This document shows, piece by piece, positions 37,765-45,962 of a stretch of DNA of 64,000 nucleotides. Position numbers and translations under genes: made by a program. Numbering within the stretch: the stretch's first letter is position 1; every line of letters starts with the position of its first letter. The stretch covers positions 124,948 through 188,947 of the forward strand of contig CAWBQV010000005.1 of assembly GCA_963790975.1 (NCBI GenBank), in the 5' to 3' direction. The notes under the pieces were generated by a model that worked only from the letters and a program-made list of their open reading frames with translations, searched no databases and was not told where the DNA came from. Source of the DNA: an uncultured Alphaproteobacteria bacterium. Its GTDB lineage: Bacteria; Pseudomonadota; Alphaproteobacteria; Rhizobiales; Xanthobacteraceae.

Positions 37765-37780
37765 AGATATTGAAATATCT
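37765..37780. promoter_or_regulatory. 7-2-7 perfect palindrome AGATATT-GA-AATATCT, candidate operator upstream of the TonB-dependent receptor
   Basis: Lies in a locally AT-rich 200-bp intergenic island, about 42 bp upstream of the receptor ORF. A TTGACA hexamer at 37738-37743 lies just upstream. Confidence 0.4.
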
Positions 37781-37821
37781 ACAGTTTTTTATGGTTCTAA
37801 ACTGGGTTCAGGGGCATTCGG

Positions 37822-40219
37822 GTGTTGCAATTAATCGGACACGGCAAGCCGCTTCGTCTGACGATCCGGCGCGTCGCCGCGATGTCAGTGCTTGCGATCG
37901 TGGCCCTAGTCGGCGCGCTTGTGAAAAGCTCCGCGCAAGACGCCAACACTCCGGCGACAACGCCCACCACATCTCCATCCGCAACGTCTCCGGCCGCAAC
38001 GTCTCCGTCAACCGCGGCTCCGCCCACGACGCCTCCATCCGCAACATCACCGTCTGCCGCGCCGGCCGGAGGACACCTGCCACAGATCGTGGTGACCGCA
38101 CCGAAGAATAAGCAAAGGCCAAAGGCGACCGCCGCGGCGCCGCCACCGCCGCAGCAACCAGGCGGGCCAACGCCCGCGCAGGCGGCTCTGGACAATAAGA
38201 TGACGGGGCTCGATCAGGCGCGGGACAATCTGCTGCCGAAAATCGGCGCCTCGACTTACACCGTCAGCCGCACCGCGATCGAGAGAATGCCCCAAGCCGA
38301 CAACACGCCGATCGACAAAATCATTCTGCAGATGCCGGGCGTGTCCTACGATTCGGCGGTCTCCAATCCTGATTTCCACGTCCGCAACGAATACGCCAAC
38401 GTGCAATTTCGGATCAACGGCGTCGTTGTTCCCGAAGGCGTTTCCGGCCTCGGCCCGTTTATCGACACCAATTTCATCGGCAGCATGTCGCTGCTCACCG
38501 GCGCGCTGCCCGCCGAATACGGTCTGCGCACCGCCGGCGTGCTCGATATCACGAGCCGGGCATTTGCCGAGCCGGGTGGCGACATCAGCGTCTATGGCGG
38601 CAGCCGGCAGACATTTACGCCGAGCTTCGATTACGGCGGCAGCTTCGGCAACTCCGAATACTTTGTCACCGCGCGCGGCAATTGGAGCGGCCTCGGGCTC
38701 GAAAATCCGACGCCGAGCTTGAACGCGAATCATGACGACACCCAGCAAGGCAAGTTCTTCGGCTATGCCTCGACGCTGCTCGACGAATCGACCCGCTTCA
38801 GCGTGATCACGGCCGCGTCTTACAGCGCGTTCCAGATTCCGAATAATCCGGGCCAGATGCCGCTCGGCGATTTTCCCTTTGGCGCGGCGGTGACAAATTT
38901 CGATTCAACGACGCTCAACGAAAACGAATACGATTCTTACTACGTCACCATGGCAACGCTGCAAAAGCACGGCACCGATGGTGATGCGCAGCTTGCGGTC
39001 TTTTCCCGCTATGCCGAAGTTCACTTCGTGCCCGATATATTCGGCGACATGGTGTTCAACGACGTCGCCTCCGACGTCATCCGGCAAAGCACGCTGACCG
39101 GCATGCAGGGCGACGCCTCGTATATCGTGAACAACCAGCACACGCTGCGCGGCGGGTTCGCGGTGAGCGGCGAGCAAACCAACGTCACCAACGTTTCCAC
39201 CGTCATGCCCGGCGATATCGGCGCGGTCACGGGACCGCCGTTCAACGTTACCGATCAAGCCTCGCTGCTCGGCTGGAACATTGGCACCTACGTCCAGGAC
39301 GAATGGAAGCTCACCAACCAACTAACGCTGAACATCGGCCTGCGCTTCGACCAACTGTATCAGTTCGTCGATGCCAACCAGCTCAGCCCGCGCTTCGGTT
39401 TCGTCTACAAGCCGTTCGAGGGCACCAGCTTTCACGCCGGCTACGCGCGTTATTTTACGCCGCCCTATCAGGCGCAGGCTACGCAGTCCAACATCGCGCT
39501 GTTCGCCAACACGACCAATCAGCCCGACATTTTCCAGGCGGATCCGGTCAAGCCCGAACGCTCGCACTATTTCGACGCCGGCATCGACCAGACGGTGCTG
39601 CCCGGCCTCGATATGGGGATCGATGCCTATTACAAGATGGCGAAGGACATGATCGATGACGGCCAGTTCGGCCAGGCCGTAGTGTTGACGCAGTTCAATT
39701 ATGCACGCGGCTACAGCGAGGGCGCGGAGTTCAAGCTCAAATATCACGAAGGCAACTTCTACGCCTATGCCAACTTCGCCTACAACATAACCCGCGCGAT
39801 CGACGTGGAGTTCGAACCAGTATCTCTTTGACGCCGCGACCTTTGCCTATTTGCAAAATAATTATCACTACACCGACGACATGCAGCGCATGACCGGCTC
39901 GGCCGGCGTATCGTACCGTTTCCCCGATACGACGGTGGTGACCGCAGACATGATCTACGGCAGCGGTCTGCGCACGGGGGATTTGTCCGACGGCGTCGAT
40001 CCTAACTCGGAGCACACGACGGCCTATGCCGTGATCAATACCGGCATCTCGCATGACTTCCGCTGGGCGGCCAATGCCAAGCCGGTCACCGTGCGGTTCG
40101 ACGTCGTCAACCTGTTCGACCAGGTCTACGAGCTTCGCGACGGCTCCGGCATCGGCGTGTTCGCGCCACAGTTCGGCCCGCGGCGCGGTTACTATATGGG
40201 CCTGTCGCAAAAGCTGTGA
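37822..40219 (+). pseudogene. TonB-dependent receptor, frame interrupted by one extra base (probably a sequence artefact)
   Basis: Track ORFs 37822..39831 and 39851..40219 are the two parts of one receptor (plug motifs, and a C-terminal beta-barrel ending ...RGYYMGLSQKL). Removing one T of GAGTTC (39808-39813) joins ...ITRAIDVE to SNQYLFDAATFAYLQNNYHYTDD. Length is 2398 nt = 3n+1. Confidence 0.85.
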
Positions 40220-40229
40220 TGAGAATTTC

Positions 40230-41714
40230 CTAGGCCGCACTGCTGGCGACGGCCCGATTTATTAGCATCGCGCGCACCGCCGTAAGCACGTCGTCGATCG
40301 CATCACGCCGATAGGCCCATTTCGGATCGTCGAGCGGCGGATAGACGACCATTGTGGCGTTGGCTTCGAAAAACAAAATGTCGCCTTCGCCGTTCACCGC
40401 AAAATCGATGCCGCCATAATCGAGATGGAGCGCGGCGCGAATGCGTTCGAGCGCGGCCATGCCGCGGCCTCCGATCGTATCCGCCATGTTATCCAGGAAG
40501 GCTGAATCCTCGGCGCGATTTTGCGGGGAATCCGCCATGTCGGCGGTGAAATAATGAACCTTCCAGCCGCGCGAAATCGCAAGGTGCAACGGATAGATTT
40601 TGCGATCGACAAACATGACGCGATATTTGCGGAACATCCCCTGCCCGTCTCGCGCGTCAAGCTCCTCGATCAGCCACACCTCGTCGCCGGGAATTTGCGC
40701 CACCGCCGCGTCGAGATGCCTTGCACTTTCGACACGCATGAAATGCCGGCCGGTATGGAAGCCGGGCGCACGCAGGAGCAGTGGAAAAGCAAATCCGGCC
40801 CCGGCAATAACAGCGGCGGCCTGCGCACCGCGCAGCCGATGCAGCAGCACACGCGCCATGCGCGGCGCCACGATATGCGGCAGGCCGCGCAACCGCTCGG
40901 CATTCGCCGCCCGTCCGGTTTCGAGTACCGCGCGCGGATGATTGATTACCGGCCGGCGCGTTCGGTTGAGCACAGAGGCGGCGGCTTCCAAGCCATCGCG
41001 GCATAAATCGGCATCGCCGATGCCGTTGAAGACGAGATCGTGCGCCGGCAGCGCCACGTTCGGGTCGTTATATTCGGTCACCAGCACGGTGGTCCGGAAA
41101 AAACGATCGTCGAGCAGCGCGCTCGCCGGGATGTTGCCGCCTGCCGCTGAAACGAGATGCAGGACCGCAACAGGCGGTCCGTCGCCGCGATAAGGCAGCG
41201 CCGTGAGAAAGTGGTTCGTAAAACCCTTGTCGCGATGCGTCCGCGTGCCGGCAGTGTCACCGATCTCGGCAAGGAGATTGCCGAGGCCGCGATGCGCATG
41301 GATGTGATCGGGATCCACGGCGAGTGCGGTTTCGAAGTGGATGCAGGCTTGCGCATGATCGCCGAGCAACAACAAGAGATTGCCCAGATTGACGTGCCCG
41401 TTGGGATTGCGCGGATGGTGCCGCACCGCCTCGCCGAACAGCGTGCGCGCGGCTTCACGATAGCCGGCATTGAGAACCAGCGTGCCGAAATCGTTCAAAG
41501 CGCCGAAATCAGTCGGGTTGCGCCGGATGAGCTCGAGATAGTCTTGCTTTGCCGCTTCGAACTCGCCCTGCTCGCGCAGCAGGCCGGCGCGCTGGAAGCG
41601 GGCCGCGATCGCGTCCGGATCGTGCTCCAGCACGCGGCCGAGCTCCTCGATCTGGACACGTGCGGTGCGGCGCGGACTTTGGCTCACGGTTGTTGCGGTC
41701 CTCGGCTCAGGCAC
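40230..41714 (-). CDS. TPR-repeat protein with C-terminal ATP-grasp-like domain
   Basis: 494 aa. N-terminal TPR-like repeats (ARFQRAGLLREQGEFEAAKQDYLELIRRNP...). C-terminal YRVMFVDRKIYPLHLAIS...LDYGGIDFAVNGEGDILFFEANATM resembles RimK/glutathione-synthetase-type ATP-grasp folds. Confidence 0.65.
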   Translation of the reverse strand: MPEPRTATTVSQSPRRTARVQIEELGRVLEHDPDAIAARFQRAGLLREQGEFEAAKQDYLELIRRNPTDFGALNDFGTLVLNAGYREAARTLFGEAVRHHPRNPNGHVNLGNLLLLLGDHAQACIHFETALAVDPDHIHAHRGLGNLLAEIGDTAGTRTHRDKGFTNHFLTALPYRGDGPPVAVLHLVSAAGGNIPASALLDDRFFRTTVLVTEYNDPNVALPAHDLVFNGIGDADLCRDGLEAAASVLNRTRRPVINHPRAVLETGRAANAERLRGLPHIVAPRMARVLLHRLRGAQAAAVIAGAGFAFPLLLRAPGFHTGRHFMRVESARHLDAAVAQIPGDEVWLIEELDARDGQGMFRKYRVMFVDRKIYPLHLAISRGWKVHYFTADMADSPQNRAEDSAFLDNMADTIGGRGMAALERIRAALHLDYGGIDFAVNGEGDILFFEANATMVVYPPLDDPKWAYRRDAIDDVLTAVRAMLINRAVASSAA

Positions 41715-41800
41715 GGCGAATCAGCCGCCGAATTAGAACAAAATTTACCATGACGGAGGACGATTCAAAGGCAGCACAAACCAGCCAAAAAGGCGCCGTC

Positions 41801-42952
41801 ATGGGAAAAATCGAAACCGCCGAGCGGATCACCCTTGGCGATCCGGTGCCGTGGTTCGGCGGGCCGCTCCTTGGCGAGGGCGCCTTCAATCTCCAAGTCG
41901 CGGCCGGCCGCTGGATCGCGCTGAGCTTTTTGGGCTCGCCGGCCAATCCGAAGGCAAAGCAGGAACTGGCCGCGCTCCTTAGCGACACCGATCTGTTCGA
42001 CGAAGATCGCATCGTTTTCTATGGCGTGCTGACCGCGCCGCCGGACGATCCGGCGCATTTCCTCAAGCTCTGCACGCCCGAGATCGGCTTCATCGCCGAT
42101 TATGACGGCGCCATCAGCCGCGCCTACGGCGCCGCCGACATGCCGCGCACCATCGTGCTCGACCCGATGTTGCGCGCGGTTGCCAATATTGCTTGGGACC
42201 ATGCTGGCGGACACATCGAGACGGTGCGCAGCGTGTTGCAAAGCCTGCCCGCGGTCGACGATTCCGCCGGCGTGCCCTTGACCGCGCCAGTGCTCATCGT
42301 GCCGCGCGTTCTGGACTTCACGCTGTGCGACTTCCTGGTGCAGTTTTACGAACAGCTCGGCGGCAAGGATTTCGGCTTTCTCCTCGACAGCGCCGGCAAC
42401 ACGGCGACCGTCGTCGATTACCGGCTCAAGCGCCGCAACGATCTCGGCGTCGTGCATCCGGACATACGTGACGCCATACGCGGCCAGATCGTCCGCCGTC
42501 TCGTTCCAGCGGTGGAGCGGTTTTTCCAGTTCTCGGCAACCCGCATGGATCGCTATATCGTCGCCTGCTACGACAGCGAACTCGGCGGGCATTTCCATCG
42601 CCACCGCGACAATGTCAACGCTGGCGCGCAGCACCGCCGTTTTGCCGTCACCATCAATCTCAACAAGGATTATGACGGCTGCGAACTGACCTTTCCGGAA
42701 TTCGGCCGCCGCGCTTACCGCGCGCCGCATGGCGGCGCCGTCGTGTTCTCCTGCGGCGCGCTGCATCAGGTCACGCCGGTGACACGCGGCCGGCGCTACG
42801 CCTTCCTCGCCTTCCTCTACGGCGAGGCCGACGCGGCGCTGCGCGAGAAAAACAACGCCAAGATCGTGCAAAGCGAATTCCGCTACGCCGGCGGCGCGTC
42901 TGATCGGTTGTTCCCCAAGGACGAACTCGCCGCCGAGCGCCGCGCCAGCTAA
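41801..42952 (+). CDS. fusion of a redoxin/AhpC-TSA-like domain and a 2OG-Fe(II) oxygenase domain
   Basis: N-terminal half (GRWIALSFLGSPANP...RTIVLDPMLRV) is thioredoxin-fold-like but has no CxxC. C-terminal half has the HRHRD (HxD) and ALHQVTPVTRGRRYAF (His, Arg) facial-triad and 2OG-binding motifs. Start at 41801 (AAAGG Shine-Dalgarno) or 41750. Confidence 0.65.
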   Translation: MGKIETAERITLGDPVPWFGGPLLGEGAFNLQVAAGRWIALSFLGSPANPKAKQELAALLSDTDLFDEDRIVFYGVLTAPPDDPAHFLKLCTPEIGFIADYDGAISRAYGAADMPRTIVLDPMLRAVANIAWDHAGGHIETVRSVLQSLPAVDDSAGVPLTAPVLIVPRVLDFTLCDFLVQFYEQLGGKDFGFLLDSAGNTATVVDYRLKRRNDLGVVHPDIRDAIRGQIVRRLVPAVERFFQFSATRMDRYIVACYDSELGGHFHRHRDNVNAGAQHRRFAVTINLNKDYDGCELTFPEFGRRAYRAPHGGAVVFSCGALHQVTPVTRGRRYAFLAFLYGEADAALREKNNAKIVQSEFRYAGGASDRLFPKDELAAERRAS

Positions 42953-43200
42953 GAAGCCGCAGAATAATCGAGAATAATTCCGCCGGCCGTTACCGACTTG
43001 CCATCGCGGAATTCCCGGCTTATATCGAATCCGTTCTGGGGATGGAGTTCCCCCGTAACCGCCATTCGGCTGATGACTCCTGCCGGGCGCTTGGCGTCGG
43101 TAGGAGTTTTCTTTTGCTCCCACTGTCTCCAAGACTGTTTATGTGACCGTTCGAAACGGGCGCGAGCCCTGTTGCGAGCGATCGCGCCGCGCATAGGAGA

Positions 43201-44424
43201 ATGACGATGACGCCGGTCTGGACATTGTTCACGCTGTGGATTGGTCTCGCGCTGATCGCGGGCCTGCTGTCGTATTGGCTTAAGGTTTCCACCGCACTCA
43301 CCGAAATCTGCGTCGGCACAGCGGCGCAGCTCATCCTCGGCACCGCGTTCGGAGCGACCGTGCTCGGCGGCGACGAGGGCTGGATCAAATTCCTCGCCGG
43401 CATCGGCGCCATTCTGCTGACCTTCCTCGCCGGCGCCGAACTTGATCCGGTGGTTTTCAAAAAACGCTGGAAAGAGGCGACCGCGCTCGGCCTTGTCGGC
43501 TTCTTCTTCCCGTTTTTCGGCTGCGCCGCAGCGGCGCATTACGTTCTCGGCTGGGAGGTGATGCCGAGCTGGCTTGCCGGCGTCGCGCTCTCTACCACGT
43601 CGGTCGCCGTGGTCTACGCCGTGATGGTCGAATACGGGCTCAACAAGACCGAATACGGCAAGCTGGTGCTGGCCGCCTGTTTCATCAACGACCTTGGTAC
43701 CGTGCTGGCGCTGGGTTTCATCTTCGCGCCGTTCACGCTGCACACTCTGATCTTTGCCGGGGCGGCGGTCGCGGTGTTCGCGGTGCTGCCCTGGGTGGCG
43801 CCGTGGTTTAACGGCAAGTTCGGCAATCGGCCCTCCGAGATGGAGATAAAATTCCTGCTGTTTTGCCTGTTGGGCCTCGGCGCGCTCGCCGGCTGGGCCG
43901 ACAGCGAAGCGGTGCTGCCGGCCTACATCATCGGCATGATGCTCGCCGGCACTGTCGGCAAGGATCATGTTCTGGTCCGCCGCATGCGCGGGATGACCTT
44001 CGGCTTGCTCACCCCGTTCTATTTCATCCGCGCCGGCTCGTTTGTCTCGATCCCGGCGCTGATCGCGGCACCGTTTGCGTTTTTCTTCATGCTGGCCGCC
44101 AAGATGGTGAGCAAGTTCTTCGGCGTCTATCCGGTGACGCGAATCTACAAGACGCCCAATCCGGAGGCGATGTACACGACGCTGCTGATGTCGACCGGGC
44201 TCACCTTCGGCACCATCTCATCGCTGTTCGGGCTGTCGCATGGTATCATCACGCAATCGCAGTATTCGATCCTGGTCGCCGGCGTGATCGGCAGCGCGGT
44301 GATCCCCACCCTGATCGCCAACGCTTTTTACCTGCCGCATCATTTGCTGCCGCAGGAGGAGGAAGAGGTCGAGCGGGTCTTGAGCGAGCCCACGGGCGCG
44401 GTGGATTTGCCACAGGCCGAGTGA
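43201..44424 (+). CDS. cation:proton antiporter (CPA family)
   Basis: AGGAGA Shine-Dalgarno. 407 aa, highly hydrophobic. LLTFLAGAELD and ALSTTSVAVV motifs of Na+/H+ exchanger family proteins. Confidence 0.85.
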   Translation: MTMTPVWTLFTLWIGLALIAGLLSYWLKVSTALTEICVGTAAQLILGTAFGATVLGGDEGWIKFLAGIGAILLTFLAGAELDPVVFKKRWKEATALGLVGFFFPFFGCAAAAHYVLGWEVMPSWLAGVALSTTSVAVVYAVMVEYGLNKTEYGKLVLAACFINDLGTVLALGFIFAPFTLHTLIFAGAAVAVFAVLPWVAPWFNGKFGNRPSEMEIKFLLFCLLGLGALAGWADSEAVLPAYIIGMMLAGTVGKDHVLVRRMRGMTFGLLTPFYFIRAGSFVSIPALIAAPFAFFFMLAAKMVSKFFGVYPVTRIYKTPNPEAMYTTLLMSTGLTFGTISSLFGLSHGIITQSQYSILVAGVIGSAVIPTLIANAFYLPHHLLPQEEEEVERVLSEPTGAVDLPQAE

Positions 44425-44493
44425 TGTCGCAGGATAAAAATCCTGAACGGCAGTGGACGCGAACAAAAGACGTAAATAAGGGGAGACGCCGCC

Positions 44494-45303
44494 ATGGATT
44501 TGGCGATGACGGGCAAGAAGGCGATCGTCACCGGGGCAAGCGAAGGCATCGGCAAGGCGATTGCGCGCGCGCTGGCCAAAGAAGGCGCCGATGTCGCGAT
44601 CTGTGCACGGCGGAAGGAGCCGCTCGAAGCCGCCGCCGCCGAGATCGCCAGGGAGAGCGGACGCAAGATTTTTGCCATCACCGCGGACCTGACCAAGCCG
44701 CAAGACGCGGAGAATTTCTGCAACAAGGCGCATGCGGCGCTGGGGCGGATCGACATCCTGGTCAACAATGCCGGCTCCGCGCCGGGCGGCGTCCTCGAAC
44801 ATTTGAGCGAAGACGATTGGGCGAAAGCGCTGCAGCTCAAATTCATGGGCTATGTGCGCTGCATGAAGCACGTGCTGCCGATCATGCAAAAACAGAAGAA
44901 GGGCCGCGTCGTCAATCTGATCGGCAATGACGGCGTCAAAGTCTCGTACTGGGAGATTGCGCCGGGCGCCGCCAACGCCGCGGGGCAGAATTTGACCAAG
45001 TCGCTGGCGAGCCAATACGGCAAGCACAATATCAGCTTCGTCGCCGTCAACCCCGGCCCGGTGCGCACCGAGCGCTGGGCCGGCCTGGTCAAGGCGATGG
45101 CGCGCGACATGAAGCTTTCCTACGAGGACGCCGACAAGCTCGCGCCGGCCTCGATCCCGCTCGGCCGCATCGCCGAGAGCGAAGAAGTCGCCAATCTCGT
45201 CACTTTTCTCGCCTCCGACCTCGCCTTCTTCGTCAATGGCACCATGATCGAAATCGACGGCGGTCAGGACAAGGTGCTGATGGACCGCATGCGGGACCGG
45301 TAA
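44494..45303 (+). CDS. SDR-family oxidoreductase
   Basis: KKAIVTGASEGIGKAIA (TGxxxGxG), NNAG, and a YxxxK-type region. 269 aa. Confidence 0.9.
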   Translation: MDLAMTGKKAIVTGASEGIGKAIARALAKEGADVAICARRKEPLEAAAAEIARESGRKIFAITADLTKPQDAENFCNKAHAALGRIDILVNNAGSAPGGVLEHLSEDDWAKALQLKFMGYVRCMKHVLPIMQKQKKGRVVNLIGNDGVKVSYWEIAPGAANAAGQNLTKSLASQYGKHNISFVAVNPGPVRTERWAGLVKAMARDMKLSYEDADKLAPASIPLGRIAESEEVANLVTFLASDLAFFVNGTMIEIDGGQDKVLMDRMRDR

Positions 45304-45479
45304 TTAACGCGCATAATCGCGTCCTGAACGCGCGCCCTGCGGAATCGATTCAATTTTAGGCGATCTTCAATCTCATTTGAGTGGATCGCGCACGTCAATT
45401 TTAGAAAATTTCAGTGACATTGCTCCCCATCGGGAACCGGCGTGTTGCACGCGCCGCGATTGCCCGAGGGGGAAGCGTT

Positions 45480-45767
45480 ATGAACGATTTCTTGGCTACC
45501 TGGTTCGAGGCCGTGCGGTTCACCTGCGAGGCGCAGAGCGTCATTTCGGCCCGCCTGATGCTGTTCGCCTCCGGCGCGCCGAATGCCGCCGAAGAGGCCA
45601 CCCGCATGATTTCGGAAAAAATCGAAGCCTTCACCGTCGCCGGCATGGCGGCCGAACGGGCGCTGTCCGACGGGCTCGGCATCTATGTCGCGGCCGAGCG
45701 CGCCTATTCGCCGCTGCAGGCGTGCGTGCATGCCAATAGCGGCCGGCTCCTTCACGCCTATCACTAA
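45480..45767 (+). CDS. small hypothetical protein
   Basis: GGGGAAG Shine-Dalgarno before ATG 45480. MNDFLATWFEAVRFTCEAQSVISARLMLFASG... has protein-like composition. No recognised domain. Confidence 0.45.
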   Translation: MNDFLATWFEAVRFTCEAQSVISARLMLFASGAPNAAEEATRMISEKIEAFTVAGMAAERALSDGLGIYVAAERAYSPLQACVHANSGRLLHAYH

Positions 45768-45782
45768 CGCAGAAGCCTCGCC

Positions 45783-45861
45783 GTCATTGCGAGCGAAGCG
45801 AAGCAATCCAGCTCGGTGCGAAGGAGCTGGATTGCTTCGTCGCTACACTCCTCGCAATGAC
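45783..45861. repeat. nested inverted-repeat element (GTCATTGCGAG family)
   Basis: Outer arms are GTCATTGCGAG/CTCGCAATGAC and inner arms are GAAGCAATCCAGCTC/GAGCTGGATTGCTTC. A partial copy GTCATTGCGAGCG lies at 60073-60085. Confidence 0.65.
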
Positions 45862-45875
45862 GAAGTGAAACGAAT

Positions 45876-45902
45876 GAGGACGGGCGCCTAGAACCCGTCC
45901 TC
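45876..45902 (-). terminator. hairpin downstream of degP
   Basis: GAGGACGGG/CCCGTCCTC 9-bp stem with a 9-nt loop, 60 nt past the degP stop. The minus-strand tail ATTCGTTTCAC is moderately T-rich. Confidence 0.5.
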
Positions 45903-45962
45903 AGACGAACGACCTGCCGACATCAGCCGGGAGACCACGGCCGCGCCGGCAGGCCGAACACT

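Noticed and set aside
37658-37801. Irr iron-control-element halves TTTAGAA and TTCTAAA
   Set aside because: The two halves are about 130 bp apart. The sequences adjacent to each half match the partner half at only 4 of 7 positions, so no complete ICE can be claimed.
39805-39820. GAGTTCGAACC, resembling a tRNA T-arm (GGTTCGAA)
   Set aside because: No acceptor or anticodon arms can be drawn around it, and it lies inside the TonB-dependent receptor coding sequence. I saw no convincing tRNA anywhere in the window.
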